From Candidatus Thorarchaeota archaeon (lineage in GTDB: Archaea; Asgardarchaeota; Thorarchaeia; Thorarchaeales; Thorarchaeaceae), in contig JAOUFI010000003.1 of NCBI GenBank assembly GCA_029858305.1, positions 1 through 64,000 on the forward strand: a DNA stretch of 64,000 bases, given 5' to 3'. Position 1 is the stretch's first letter. Every line of letters starts with the position of its first letter. This document shows, piece by piece, positions 46,872-57,843 of the stretch. The notes under the pieces are model-generated. The model saw nothing but the letters and a program-made list of their open reading frames with translations, was not told where the DNA came from and searched no databases. The translations under genes and the position numbers were made by a program.

Positions 46872-47693
46872 ATGACCGAAGACATAAGCTTGGAGAACTC
46901 GTCTGGCTCACCGATTTCTTTTTCATATTTGAAAAAATTCAATATCTATGCCGGTGTTCTTCATCTAATAACTGGAATACTCATGCTATTCTTGGGTTTA
47001 AATTTGGAGTGGGAGCAGGATGTTTATGCCTTCTATCTCGATTTTCAAATACTTCCTGTTGATCCATTCTTCGTAGTGCAACCGACACCTGTTGTCATAT
47101 TCACACTTTCATACATCGGAGTGATTCTGGCATCATTCCCGTTAATGTCAGCTCTAGCTCATTTCTTAATCGCGTTTCCACTGAAAGACAAGTATGTGGC
47201 AAATCTCCAGAAAGGTATGAACCCATACAGATGGTATGAGTATGCAGTATCAAGCTCAGTGATGATTTTCCTGATCACATTCCTCTTGGGAATTTGGGAT
47301 ATATGGTCACTTGTGATGATTGTTGTTCTGAATGCTATGATGATTATGTTCGGATATCTAATGGAGTATGTTAATCAGTATACAGAGAAAACTACCTGGA
47401 AACCTTTCATATTAGGATGCATTTCTGGTGGAACACCTTGGGTTGTCTTATTCGGATATTTCGCGGCCGCAATTAGTGCTGCAGAAACCAATCCTCCAAC
47501 CTTTGTGTACATTATCATATTCATGTACCTAATCCTCTTCAACATCTTTGCACTGAATCAATTCCTGCAATACAAACGAGTCAGTAAATGGAAAGACTAT
47601 CTCTATGGAGAACGAATGTACATTATTCTAAGCTTGATTGCGAAAACTCTACTTGCATGGATTGTTTTTGCTGGAATATTTGCACCATTCTAA
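46872..47693 (+). CDS. Heliorhodopsin
   Basis: NIYAGVLH, SALAH, NPYRWYEYAVSSSVM, GYLME, YLYGERMYIILSLIAKTLLAW (retinal-binding Lys in SxxxK). Confidence 0.93.
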   Translation: MTEDISLENSSGSPISFSYLKKFNIYAGVLHLITGILMLFLGLNLEWEQDVYAFYLDFQILPVDPFFVVQPTPVVIFTLSYIGVILASFPLMSALAHFLIAFPLKDKYVANLQKGMNPYRWYEYAVSSSVMIFLITFLLGIWDIWSLVMIVVLNAMMIMFGYLMEYVNQYTEKTTWKPFILGCISGGTPWVVLFGYFAAAISAAETNPPTFVYIIIFMYLILFNIFALNQFLQYKRVSKWKDYLYGERMYIILSLIAKTLLAWIVFAGIFAPF

Positions 47694-47709
47694 TAAGATT
47701 AAACCAAAA

Positions 47710-47762
47710 GAGAGTATAATTGATTGAATCAGCAGCATTATACTCTCATTCCATTTCTTATT
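47710..47762 (+). terminator. Hairpin after heliorhodopsin
   Basis: GAGAGTATAAT...ATTATACTCTC 11-bp stem followed by a T-rich tail. Confidence 0.5.
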
Positions 47763-47948
47763 TGACTGATTACGATTTGACTTGCTTACATTTTAGTATA
47801 TTGAACTCATTATTCCTATCGAACATATTTGAAGTATTTTGAACCTTTAAATTACAAATAGAGCGTTATGAGCAGATATTAAAATTTAGATTTTTATGTT
47901 ACGAAATCTTGCTTATTAATAATAAAATATTGTTAATTTTGTGATTCA

Positions 47949-49004
47949 ATGATGAAGTACGCTATTCTTAACAAAGCGCTTCTTGGAATGGTACTACTAT
48001 TGCTGGTATCATCCATAGTGGTTGTCAGTGCAACAACAACAACTGAGGATGAAACCACAGAGACTGAAACCACGACAGAAGACGAAACTACAACCTCTAT
48101 CAACGATGATGATTCCAATGACCGTGAAGTGACCGTCATGACGACATCTACACATGCTGAAATTGAATCAAAGCTTGAATCAGGAGGTACTGAAGACTCC
48201 TTCAAGATCGAAGTCGATGTTGGTGTTAACGGCGTTGAGTTCAAAATCGCATTTGAAGCTGAAACGGCAACAAATGAAACCGAAAGAGAGTTTGAGGTCG
48301 ATTTCAGCCAGCTAGTTGAGTTCATTGATGAGAACAGCAATGGTGTCTATGATGATTCAGTAGATACTGATGTTCAGACACTAGAGCTGAATAGTTTTGA
48401 ACCAATCGCATACACGACTGAGAACATTTCAGGGATCACCGTACATGTGTTTGATGTTTCAACTACCGATGGCATCTTTGGTGCAAGGATTTATGCGACT
48501 GGAGATTTCACCAATATCAACGGCAGTCTCATTGCTCCTACTCAGGTGAAGATTGATGTGTTCATTCACGACTTCAATTTCACAGACGTGGATTCACAGC
48601 TCGCCTTGAAGGTGGAACTCAGTAGTGAGTTGGAAACCTCTTTCAATGACCAGACCGAGGATGAAGAGGATGGGAGAGCCACCGATGAAGCAGCAGTTGA
48701 CATTCTCATGACAGACACCAATGGTTTCTTCTCTTGGAAGGAATCTGCTGAAATCGATGGAATCGCCCATCAGGTCAACTCTAGCATTCATGAAGTCTCA
48801 GCAACAGAACAAGAAATCTATCTGAACTACCCACAGGGTAGCGAGATAGTTCATGATCCTAAGATTGGTTTTGAGAATCTCCTTATCATGGGGGGGAATC
48901 CCTTGCCAATTGCGGACTTCATTGCTGACAACTTGCTTCCTATCTCCATTGGCCTTGCTATTGTCGTTATTGGATTAGTTGTAGTGGCTAAGCGAAGGTC
49001 GTAG
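47949..49004 (+). CDS. Acidic secreted/surface protein with C-terminal TM anchor
   Basis: Signal peptide, T/E-rich N-terminus, beta-rich body, TM helix followed by KRRS. Confidence 0.8.
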   Translation: MMKYAILNKALLGMVLLLLVSSIVVVSATTTTEDETTETETTTEDETTTSINDDDSNDREVTVMTTSTHAEIESKLESGGTEDSFKIEVDVGVNGVEFKIAFEAETATNETEREFEVDFSQLVEFIDENSNGVYDDSVDTDVQTLELNSFEPIAYTTENISGITVHVFDVSTTDGIFGARIYATGDFTNINGSLIAPTQVKIDVFIHDFNFTDVDSQLALKVELSSELETSFNDQTEDEEDGRATDEAAVDILMTDTNGFFSWKESAEIDGIAHQVNSSIHEVSATEQEIYLNYPQGSEIVHDPKIGFENLLIMGGNPLPIADFIADNLLPISIGLAIVVIGLVVVAKRRS

Positions 49005-49022
49005 TTTAATCATCGTGGATAT

Positions 49023-49056
49023 GGAGAAGAGATAGAATCTCTTCTCCTAATTTTTT
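49023..49056 (+). terminator. Hairpin + U-tract between convergent genes
   Basis: GGAGAAGAGAT-AGA-ATCTCTTCTCC followed by TAATTTTTT. Confidence 0.65.
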
Positions 49057-49065
49057 CTATAAAGC

Positions 49066-50964
49066 CTAGATGATGCCGAAGTCATCCAATTCCGTGGTGG
49101 AATCCTGCTTCAGAGCCAATTGATATGCTGGTTGCATCATCTCAGCAGTACTCTTCTTTGTGAGCCTAAATGGCGCCTCCGTCTGCCGAATCAAGCCTCT
49201 CTCCACGAACTCCCTCATATCTATTGGTAGCCAGATTTCACTGAAGTGATCCTTTAGATCGTAGTGTGTAATCTCATCCTCTTTTTCGAGTAATCTCTTG
49301 ACTGGTTCGATAAAGGTCTTCAAGTGTTCATCTAGGTAGCATTCCATCTTCTCCAAAACAGTTTCAACGAGGTCAAATGTTTTCTTTGGAGCATGAACAA
49401 ACTCAGTGAATATTGAATTGAAGAATTCTGGATTGAACTCCAATGCTTGAGCAGTAGACTCTCGTAACGGAATTGCCCTATTCAGAAGAACCTCAATGTT
49501 TGCCATGCGACGTATTCCAGAGGTCATGAAGTTGAGTGCGAAGTGAGGGTCATCTTTTACATCGAGCGCTTTGTATGCCTTGTTGATCAGGTCCTTGCAA
49601 AAGACATAGTTGAGCAATAACAAGTTCTCAAGGTCTCTGGAGCCTATGTTCTGGAGGTCTTCATAGAGATCATGAATCGTGTCATCTCTAGTGAACAGTA
49701 ACGTACTCTTTGAGAAGTACGAATGGAAAATGCTTCCATCTCTTACTCTGTGAACCAATTTTCGAAAGGCATCTCGTGTGAAGAGATAGGTATCAACATA
49801 GACATCCTTCTCAACTAGCGCCTTGTAATGCTGATAGATGTCGTCTCTTGTAACAATAAGTACATCGAGGTCTGACTTTTCCCAGACTGTATCGTAGGAT
49901 AGACTTCCCGCGAGCATGAGTGAAAGGACATATTCATCAGTCTTCACCTTCTGCACTAATTCTTCAGCTGCCACTCTATAATCATCCTGTACTTGCTTGC
50001 GTTCCACCTTCGAAGGTCCAACTAGAGTTGGTATAACCTCATCAGGAAGGAACGACTTCCAATTGAAGTGATACTGAGCCTCATTATACTCAACCACTCC
50101 TTTCTTGGTGATTTTAACTGGATTGATAGTCCGACGGAGAATTCGACGCCTGTGCAAGTGCTCAAGGTCTATGGTTTCCCAGCCACCCTGAGCGAATCTA
50201 TCGTTTATCTCTGTCTGCGTAGCCGTACCTTCATTCTCGGAGATGAAGTCTAGTACAGGCTTGTAAATGTCAAGGTCAAGTGTATCAAGAAACTCATACG
50301 ATTTCCTTAACGTTCGTTCAAGAGATTCGTGCGTCACTTTTGTATCAATGAAACCATCAAAAAGCTCGGGAAAGAGGTCTGGTTTGAGCTCCCTTCCTCG
50401 AAGGATGACTTCTCTGGGGGGGTAGATATCATTCAAGTAGCACAACAAGTATCCTAATTCGCTTAGGGCATGTATAAGAAAATGAAAACTGTGCGGGAGG
50501 TCTCTCTTGATATAGAGATACTTCTCTGACTTTGAGAGGTCGTATCGCACGGCAAGGTCGTATCCCATCTGTTGTAGCTGACGGTCTCGTGTACCAACAT
50601 TCTTGTTCAGGTTTTTGTAGAAATCAGTCAGTGAGCAATCTCGTGAGAAGACCAATTTACTATATGTCAAGAATTGCAGCAGTCCAAGACCTCTTGGTGA
50701 TTGAACATGTCGCATAAAGTCATCACGACTATAGATTTGCACGTCGATTGGAACTCCAAATTCGACAAGTCTTGCTGTGCGGTGCTTTCCATCATCTGTT
50801 ATGACGAAAGCATTTATGTTAGACCGCTCGGTGACCTCATCGTAAGCCATACTTCCGTAGACGATGATTCCCAGGACGTGTGTGTCCTTCTTCGCTCGGG
50901 CGATGAAGCTTGACAAAGCATCATCGAACTGCTTCCGTACTTGCGGATCTTCCATCTGCAACAA
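49066..50964 (-). CDS. Internally duplicated nucleotidyltransferase-fold protein
   Basis: Two homologous halves, GSMAYDEVTERSNIN and GSLSYDTVWEKSDLD, each ending in a ...KITKKG/RLTKKS...Y segment. Confidence 0.72.
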   Translation of the reverse strand: MLQMEDPQVRKQFDDALSSFIARAKKDTHVLGIIVYGSMAYDEVTERSNINAFVITDDGKHRTARLVEFGVPIDVQIYSRDDFMRHVQSPRGLGLLQFLTYSKLVFSRDCSLTDFYKNLNKNVGTRDRQLQQMGYDLAVRYDLSKSEKYLYIKRDLPHSFHFLIHALSELGYLLCYLNDIYPPREVILRGRELKPDLFPELFDGFIDTKVTHESLERTLRKSYEFLDTLDLDIYKPVLDFISENEGTATQTEINDRFAQGGWETIDLEHLHRRRILRRTINPVKITKKGVVEYNEAQYHFNWKSFLPDEVIPTLVGPSKVERKQVQDDYRVAAEELVQKVKTDEYVLSLMLAGSLSYDTVWEKSDLDVLIVTRDDIYQHYKALVEKDVYVDTYLFTRDAFRKLVHRVRDGSIFHSYFSKSTLLFTRDDTIHDLYEDLQNIGSRDLENLLLLNYVFCKDLINKAYKALDVKDDPHFALNFMTSGIRRMANIEVLLNRAIPLRESTAQALEFNPEFFNSIFTEFVHAPKKTFDLVETVLEKMECYLDEHLKTFIEPVKRLLEKEDEITHYDLKDHFSEIWLPIDMREFVERGLIRQTEAPFRLTKKSTAEMMQPAYQLALKQDSTTELDDFGII

Positions 50965-50973
50965 CTCCTACTC

Positions 50974-53805
50974 TCAGGAAGATACCACAACACTTTGGAG
51001 GAACTTGCCAGTGTAAGACTTCTCACACTTGATTATGTCTTCTACGGTGCCCTCCGCGATGACCTCTCCACCTTCGGCTCCACCTTCAGGGCCAAGATCT
51101 ATCACCCAGTCCGCGGACTTGATGATATCGAGGTGGTGTTCAATGACGATAACAGTGTTTCCCGCGTCCACAAGCCTATTGATGGTCTTCAGAAGCATCT
51201 GGATGTCCTGCATATGAAGACCCACACTGGGTTCATCCATAATGTACAGATTATCCTTCAGCTTCTTCAGTTTTCCAAGCTCCTTTGCAAGCTTGATTCT
51301 CTGGCTTTCGCCTCCTGACAAAGTTGGCGCAGGTTGTCCAAGTTTGAGGTATCCCAGCCCAAGCTCCATCATGGTCTTTGTCTTGTGTCGGATGAGTCGT
51401 ACATCCTTGAAGAACTCGCAAGCCTCCTCAACACTCATGTTTAGGACATCTCCAATGTTCTTCCCATTGTACTTGATTTCAAGTACTTCTTCAGAGAAGC
51501 GAGCCCCCTTACACACGGGGCAGACAGTCTGTATATCGGGCATGTACTGCAATTCTATGCGAACAAGTCCCTCGCCGTTACACTCCACACATCGCCCTTC
51601 AGTAGAGTTATAGCTGAATCGCCCAATGCTGTATCCACGTTCCTGTGCCATCTTGGTGTGAGTATAGAGACTCCGTATCTTGTCAAAAAATCCAACATAC
51701 GTTGCTGGCGTCGACCTTGAATGCCTTCCAATGGGTGACTGGTCCACAATCCTGACATCAGAGATATTCTCAATTCCTTCGAGTCTCTCGAGTTTTCCAG
51801 GGAGGATACGAGGGTCATTCATATCATGAAGGAGCTTGTTCCCAAGGACATCCTCGATCAAGGTGCTCTTGCCCGAACCGCTCACTCCGGTGATACAAAT
51901 GAAGACACCGAGGGGGAACTCCACTGAGATATTCTTCAAGTTGTTCTCCGTGGCTCCAACAACCTTCAGAGTCTTTCCATTCGGCGCTCGTGCTTTGCCG
52001 AGGTACGGAATGCTCTTCGTCCCAACGATATACTTTCCAGTCAAGAACTTGGGATTGTTGAGAATCTCTTCCAGCTGACCCTGAGCGACAATCTTCCCTC
52101 CGTGCAGACCAGGTCCAGGTCCTATCTCTATGATATTATCAGCCTGTTTGATAGTTGCAAGATCGTGTTCAATAACTATCACAGTATTGCCCGTGTCCCT
52201 TAGGCGTTTCAGAATGTCCACTATTCGGTTACTATCTCTCATGTGGAGACCTATACTAGGTTCATCAAGCACGTACAGCATTCCCATTAGTTCAGAACCC
52301 AGTTGAGTCGAGAGCTTGATTCTCTGAGCCTCGCCCGCGCTTAGAGTCCTTGCTCGCCTGTTGAGTCGGAGGTAATAGAGACCAATGTCTATGAGGAGTT
52401 GGATACGTTTCCGCAACTCACCAATGACCTGATTCCCTGCCTTCTCTACATCTTTGGGGACTTTTATGGAATCTGCAAACTCCAGTAACTGATTGATAAA
52501 CAGCTCACCAAGTTCGTCGATATTCCTCCCATCCACAGTGACAAGGATTCTCTGCTTGATGAGCTTCTGTCCCTTACAGTCTGGACAGAGATGCTCTGCC
52601 ATTATCTTCCTATACCACTCATAGTGTTCACCCTTCTTCCGGTCATGCTTGTAGAACCTGTCAATATAATTGCAGACACCCATGTACCGGACCTTCTTTC
52701 CCACATCACGATGCCTGTATTTGTTAGGCCAATCCGGAGGCTCTTGAAGTATGAACTCCTCCTTGATACCCCATAGTATCTGATGCTGAATATCCTCTGG
52801 AAGTTCTCCAAACGGAGTGTCCATATCGAACCCCAAATGCTGGCTAACGCTGTACATCCAATACTTGGCATACCACGCAAGAGCCCCGTGTTTCAGGCTC
52901 TTCTTTGGGTCAACGATGATAAGCCTAGACTCCGCCTTCAGGAGTGTACCAACACCAAGACAAGTGGGACAGGCATTCTCTGGCAAGTTTGCTGAGAATG
53001 CTCCAGGAAGAAGTTTGTGCATAATGATATGATGGTCTTTACACCCAAAGCCCTTGTAGAACTTCTCCAATACATCATCAGTGACATTTTCATCTAGTTC
53101 GAACCGGATGAATCCGCTACCAACATTCTTAGCGTTCTCTATAGAAATCGCAAATTGATGATACAAGTCTTGCTTAATGATGATTCTATCGACAAGAACC
53201 TCAATCCGATAGTCTTTGTCCTCATCCAGCTCTATCTTGTCATTGATGCTGAATGGTTCACCATCGATTCGAATCCGTTTGTACCCTTTTTGTCGTATCT
53301 CATCGAACAGGTAAGGATAGTCCTCATCATAGAACTTGTTCACTGGAGCAAGAATCTCAACACTTGTCCCCTCAGGTAAAGTCATGAGGTGATCAACAAT
53401 TTGGTTTGCATTACGTGTGTGGACCTTCCTATTGCAGTAAGGACAATGAGCTTGCCCTAGAACTGAGAAGAGAATTCTCATGTAGCTTGAGATATCAGTC
53501 ATTGTCGATACAGTAGACCTTGGATTAAGAGTCCCAGTCTTTTGTTCGATTGCGACGACTGGTGACAATCCAATGATGGAGTCTACATCAGCACGCTCTA
53601 GCATGGGCAACATGGTTCGAGAAGTTGCTGACATTGATTCGAAGAACCTGCGCTGCGCTTCACTGAAAATAACGTCAAAAGCTAGCGAAGTTTTTCCCGA
53701 CCCCGATAAACCCGTGATGACGGTCAGTTTATCGCGGGGGATATCCACATCGATATTTTGTAGATTATTTGTCCTAGCACCCTTTACACTAATGTATTCT
53801 CTCAT
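50974..53805 (-). CDS. uvrA: Excinuclease ABC subunit A
   Basis: Two ABC ATPase modules ([33 protein letters not shown]), zinc fingers, UvrB-binding insertion. Confidence 0.93.
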   Translation of the reverse strand: MREYISVKGARTNNLQNIDVDIPRDKLTVITGLSGSGKTSLAFDVIFSEAQRRFFESMSATSRTMLPMLERADVDSIIGLSPVVAIEQKTGTLNPRSTVSTMTDISSYMRILFSVLGQAHCPYCNRKVHTRNANQIVDHLMTLPEGTSVEILAPVNKFYDEDYPYLFDEIRQKGYKRIRIDGEPFSINDKIELDEDKDYRIEVLVDRIIIKQDLYHQFAISIENAKNVGSGFIRFELDENVTDDVLEKFYKGFGCKDHHIIMHKLLPGAFSANLPENACPTCLGVGTLLKAESRLIIVDPKKSLKHGALAWYAKYWMYSVSQHLGFDMDTPFGELPEDIQHQILWGIKEEFILQEPPDWPNKYRHRDVGKKVRYMGVCNYIDRFYKHDRKKGEHYEWYRKIMAEHLCPDCKGQKLIKQRILVTVDGRNIDELGELFINQLLEFADSIKVPKDVEKAGNQVIGELRKRIQLLIDIGLYYLRLNRRARTLSAGEAQRIKLSTQLGSELMGMLYVLDEPSIGLHMRDSNRIVDILKRLRDTGNTVIVIEHDLATIKQADNIIEIGPGPGLHGGKIVAQGQLEEILNNPKFLTGKYIVGTKSIPYLGKARAPNGKTLKVVGATENNLKNISVEFPLGVFICITGVSGSGKSTLIEDVLGNKLLHDMNDPRILPGKLERLEGIENISDVRIVDQSPIGRHSRSTPATYVGFFDKIRSLYTHTKMAQERGYSIGRFSYNSTEGRCVECNGEGLVRIELQYMPDIQTVCPVCKGARFSEEVLEIKYNGKNIGDVLNMSVEEACEFFKDVRLIRHKTKTMMELGLGYLKLGQPAPTLSGGESQRIKLAKELGKLKKLKDNLYIMDEPSVGLHMQDIQMLLKTINRLVDAGNTVIVIEHHLDIIKSADWVIDLGPEGGAEGGEVIAEGTVEDIIKCEKSYTGKFLQSVVVSS

Positions 53806-53993
53806 TCATTCATGCCTCCCTACATCAGTTCAACCCAGTGCCTCCCTATGACAGGTTACAACGACCCTATGAGAGTTATCGGGCCTGATGATAGCTTGAG
53901 GTTTCTCACGATATGAGAAAGTGTTCTGAGCGGGACTCGAATCGTATTTAGAAGGTTCGATTTCAGCAGGATATTCGAATAATTAAAAGGAGG

Positions 53994-54022
53994 AAGTCAA
54001 TGAGTGTTGACTTATTGGTCAA
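53994..54022. promoter_or_regulatory. Overlapping inverted repeats, candidate operator
   Basis: AAGTCAA-N6-TTGACTT and TTGAC-N6-GTCAA, ~50-75 bp upstream of the wHTH regulator gene. Confidence 0.4.
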
Positions 54023-54069
54023 GTACCGTAGGATTATATCTCTCTAAAACAAGTCATTCCTGATGAACA

Positions 54070-54522
54070 ATGACTTCTGATGAAGTGTTTGAAGCAATAT
54101 CGCACCCGATGAGAATTGCTATTCTGAAGGAATTGGCTAAGAAACCAATTCGATTTGCTGATCTCAAACGGAAATTAAGAATCAAGAGTGGCGGACTCTT
54201 GGACTTTCATCTCAAGAAAATGGAGGCAGTAATAATCACTGATAAGGACGGGCTCTACACACTGAATAATCGAGGATTCGCTGCTCTTCGTGCAGTTCAC
54301 ATTGTTACAAATTATGGCTGGCAGAGAAGATCATGGTGGCTTAATGTATTGATGATGTTTATGCTTAACATCTACTTCTTCTTTACAGCGTTTGAATTTT
54401 ACATCTTTGTAGCAATTCCGACATTTGGTTGGCTTCTTTTCTATAGTTACTGGACCTTTGTGAAGCGAAGAGTTAGTCTAAGAAGTAATGGTGCAGACCA
54501 AGAAAATGTGGAGGTATCATGA
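54070..54522 (+). CDS. ArsR-like winged-HTH regulator with 2 C-terminal TM helices
   Basis: VFEAISHPMRIAIL...FADLKRKL...LDFHLKKM...GLYTL; hydrophobic C-terminus. Confidence 0.8.
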   Translation: MTSDEVFEAISHPMRIAILKELAKKPIRFADLKRKLRIKSGGLLDFHLKKMEAVIITDKDGLYTLNNRGFAALRAVHIVTNYGWQRRSWWLNVLMMFMLNIYFFFTAFEFYIFVAIPTFGWLLFYSYWTFVKRRVSLRSNGADQENVEVS

Positions 54523-54593
54523 TTTGAAATTTTGGCGTTGTTGTGAAATAATATATTCATTCTGTCGAAAAAATTTGTACTCGAAGGAGAATC

Positions 54594-55379
54594 TTGAATT
54601 TGGTAGCTGTCAGTGTTGAGAGACTTGTAAAATCGTTTGGAAGTCTGGTAGCAGTAAATAATGTCACGTTCGAAGTACGCGAGGGTGAAATCTATGGATT
54701 ACTTGGACCTAATGGGGCAGGCAAAACGACGACAATAAAGTGCCTAATGGGACTCTTGGATCCTGATAGTGGTTCAACCCATATTTACCATGTGAATTCT
54801 CTAGAGAATCCAATTGAGGCCAAGAAACTTGTAGGCTATGTGCCCGAAGAGCACCAGCTCTATGACTCACTGACTCCGCGTGAACTGTTCGAATTCATTG
54901 CTTCAATTAGACAACTTCCTAAAGATAAAACTAACAAACGCATTGGAGAGATGGTGAAAGCACTCGATTTCGAGAAGTATTATGATTCAATGATTGTGAC
55001 ACTCTCGCAGGGGAACAAACAGAAGACAATGCTAATCTCTGCTTTACTTCATGCGCCAAAGCTCCTTATTCTTGACGAACCATTCTCGGGACTTGATGTA
55101 AGGACATCTAAGATAATCAAAGACATCATCCAGATTCATGTGGACAATGGAGGCTCCGTTCTTCTGTCTACGCATGTCATGGAAGTCGCTCAGGGACTTT
55201 GTGATCGAGTAGGGATTATTGACGATGGCGTATTGGTAGGTGAGGGAACACTATCTGAACTCAGAGCTCAGGCAAAAGAAGAGAGTGCTACTCTTGAGAA
55301 ATTATTCCTCCGCCTTACAGAGCAGGAAGAGGAGGTCCAGGTCGGTGTCGATGCTCTTCGGGAGGCACTCTCAGAATGA
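54594..55379 (+). CDS. ABC transporter ATP-binding protein
   Basis: GPNGAGKTT, LSQGNKQK, LDEPFSGLD. Confidence 0.92.
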   Translation: MNLVAVSVERLVKSFGSLVAVNNVTFEVREGEIYGLLGPNGAGKTTTIKCLMGLLDPDSGSTHIYHVNSLENPIEAKKLVGYVPEEHQLYDSLTPRELFEFIASIRQLPKDKTNKRIGEMVKALDFEKYYDSMIVTLSQGNKQKTMLISALLHAPKLLILDEPFSGLDVRTSKIIKDIIQIHVDNGGSVLLSTHVMEVAQGLCDRVGIIDDGVLVGEGTLSELRAQAKEESATLEKLFLRLTEQEEEVQVGVDALREALSE

Positions 55380-57019
55380 ACTTCAGAGAGCGCTGGAGAT
55401 TAGCAGGCATCATTGCACTACAGATGAGATTCGATGGGTTTCTCAAGAACAATCCTGGAAATATGGCTCGGATAAAGGAAAATCCTGAGAAAATCTCGAG
55501 AAGTATTCGATCTTCAAGCAGGGTGAACAGCATTCTGAGTGTCTTCATGATTATCATGTTGGCAGCACTCACTATTGGTGTCACTGGTTTCGATGCCTCA
55601 ATTGGAGACCTCAATGTCCGACTTGCTGTAGGATTTTCATTCTTCATGGTTCTTGCCTTTGTCTTAATTTTCCTCCTAAATCTCACAACTACAACTGGAT
55701 TCTTTACATCCGGGGCTATGAAATTGCCAAGTATTTTACCTCTTAGTAGAAAGGAACTTGAGAGCCTTGCAGTACTTGCATTTACACGCGTCTTCATTGC
55801 TCCAGCTATCCTCACCGTTACATTGTTCCCAGCGGCGTGTTTTGTTCTATTTGGGCCATTAGCAGGTTTTGTTGCGCTTATTGGATGTCTTGCCACGGTC
55901 TCAGTATCTCTACGTTCGTTGATTGGGTTCTCACGATGGTTCGAAACCAAGATGCTCTCATCAGATGAGTCGAAGATTGGGACTATAGTGAGGATAGCAG
56001 CCACTATAGGGCTTGTTGTTGGAATCATGAGTGTCTATATGCTGTCCAGCTACATCCCGTATATTGTTCAAGGAGTTATCATGTTCGCAGAATCTTTCAA
56101 TGGAACATACTTGGTGCTCTCAGTCCTTTTTCCATTCTCATTTGGTTTCTTAGCCTCAGCTGTGACGCCAGGAGTAACTTTTCAAGATTTGATGATTCCT
56201 TTGGTTTCAGGGGGTATGTCCCTCCTATATGGTTTGATTGCATTAGTATTCTATAGACAAAGCGGAAAATTGCTAAGGGGTCTTGCTATTGGAGGAGTTT
56301 CAACAGGAAGAACTGGGCCACTGAGAGAAATTAGCATCGAAACGCGAACGCCCATAATAGCAGTAATTCGAAAAGATTTGAAGATGGCTACAAAGAGTGT
56401 TGGATCAGCAATCGTCTATGCAATTCCAATCTTTCTGATGATCATGTTGTATCCAATGATAAGAGGGATGTCACAAGACGGGCCGCTCCACAGCATCACT
56501 GCAATGACTGCGATAGCATATGCTAATCTCTTTGGGGGACTAACCGTGGTCTCAGTGATGATGTTTGATACACAAGGGGCGTCTATTCATGAGGGATTGC
56601 CCCTGAGTTCAAGACTAGTCCTTAAAGGAAAAACTGCAATCTCTATCATTCCATACACCATGACAATGCTGTTTATCGCCCTCTTGCTCTCTTTGTTTAA
56701 TCCAATTACACCACTTGTCATCCTTATACCAATTTTAGCTATACCACTCGGATATGCAGTACCGATGTCTGTCGGAGCAGCCATGTATCGCTACAAGGGA
56801 GGTGGTCGTGCTGTAGCTATCAATCTAGCTGCTGACCAAAAAATGGCGTTGATCGCAGGATTTGTAGGAGCAGTTGTAGGACTTGGGCCTCTTCTCGGAT
56901 TTGGGATTGTCATGATAATGACAGGTTCACAGATTTTCAGTTTAGCAACTCAAGCACTTGTCACATTTGGCATCGTTTTAATGGCACATTTCCAGATTCC
57001 AAAGCTCCTCAAGGATTGA
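55376..57019 (+). CDS. ABC-2 type exporter permease
   Basis: Polytopic membrane protein overlapping the ATPase stop (ATGA); LPLS and RKDLK motifs. Confidence 0.8.
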   Translation: MNFRERWRLAGIIALQMRFDGFLKNNPGNMARIKENPEKISRSIRSSSRVNSILSVFMIIMLAALTIGVTGFDASIGDLNVRLAVGFSFFMVLAFVLIFLLNLTTTTGFFTSGAMKLPSILPLSRKELESLAVLAFTRVFIAPAILTVTLFPAACFVLFGPLAGFVALIGCLATVSVSLRSLIGFSRWFETKMLSSDESKIGTIVRIAATIGLVVGIMSVYMLSSYIPYIVQGVIMFAESFNGTYLVLSVLFPFSFGFLASAVTPGVTFQDLMIPLVSGGMSLLYGLIALVFYRQSGKLLRGLAIGGVSTGRTGPLREISIETRTPIIAVIRKDLKMATKSVGSAIVYAIPIFLMIMLYPMIRGMSQDGPLHSITAMTAIAYANLFGGLTVVSVMMFDTQGASIHEGLPLSSRLVLKGKTAISIIPYTMTMLFIALLLSLFNPITPLVILIPILAIPLGYAVPMSVGAAMYRYKGGGRAVAINLAADQKMALIAGFVGAVVGLGPLLGFGIVMIMTGSQIFSLATQALVTFGIVLMAHFQIPKLLKD

Positions 57020-57079
57020 AAGCGCGATTGAGTCCCTTGAGCGAAGATTAAAATCGAGCATCTGTAATCAAAACACAAG

Positions 57080-57736
57080 ATGAAGCCATTACTTACTCCA
57101 TCAATACTAGCAGCAAACTTCGCAAATCTTGAGGAAGACATCAGAGCAGCTGAGAGAGGTGGTGCGGACTATTTTCATCTGGACATAATGGACGGTCATT
57201 TTGTCCCAAACATATCTTTTGGACCGTGGATAGCCAAACAGATGAAGAAGATTACGGATAGACCTCTTGACGCACATCTGATGATAACAAATCCCAGAGA
57301 GTACATTCCAAAGTTTATTGACGCTGGCGTAGAGCTGATCTATCCTCATGTAGAGGCATCATATGATGTCTACAGAACCGTACAGATGATTACGGACTAT
57401 GGAGCAAGAGCAGGCATTACACTCAATCCAGCCACACCGGTTTCTTCTTTGGAGGGCGTAATCGACCTTATCGACTCGGTTTTAATTATGTCAGTTTGTC
57501 CAGGTTTCGGGGGGCAGAAATTCATCCCCTCATCGATGAAGAAAATAACCGATCTTCGAGCTCTTCTCGATGAAATCAAACCGAGTGTTCGCATTGCAGT
57601 TGATGGTGGTGTGACTCTTGAGAACATTCGAGACCTTCGCAAAGCTGGAGCTGATTTCTTCATTGCAGGTTCAGCAGTGTTCAAAGCACCTGATATCGAA
57701 GAGAGAGTACGTGCAATGAAGAAGGCCATGGAATAG
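57080..57736 (+). CDS. rpe: Ribulose-phosphate 3-epimerase
   Basis: PSILAANF, HLDIMDGHFVPNISFG, DAHLMI, MSVCPGFGGQKF, VDGGV. Confidence 0.96.
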   Translation: MKPLLTPSILAANFANLEEDIRAAERGGADYFHLDIMDGHFVPNISFGPWIAKQMKKITDRPLDAHLMITNPREYIPKFIDAGVELIYPHVEASYDVYRTVQMITDYGARAGITLNPATPVSSLEGVIDLIDSVLIMSVCPGFGGQKFIPSSMKKITDLRALLDEIKPSVRIAVDGGVTLENIRDLRKAGADFFIAGSAVFKAPDIEERVRAMKKAME

Positions 57737-57843
57737 AATTTTATATACACGATTTTTCTCCCAACCCTACGTTTTAAATCATGAATGAATGTTAGACAAC
57801 CTAGTAACAACTTAATCTAGGTCGAAATAGGAGAGAACTATAA

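Noticed and set aside
14683-47693. Retinal biosynthesis pathway for the heliorhodopsin (prenyl synthase + CrtI-like gene)
   Set aside because: No phytoene synthase, lycopene cyclase or Blh/Brp in the window, and the genes are far apart in different contexts
53885-53929. Second C/D-like element (CTGATGA...CTGA with an internal hairpin)
   Set aside because: No convincing C'/D' pair or terminal stem; it lies in the uvrA upstream region on the opposite strand
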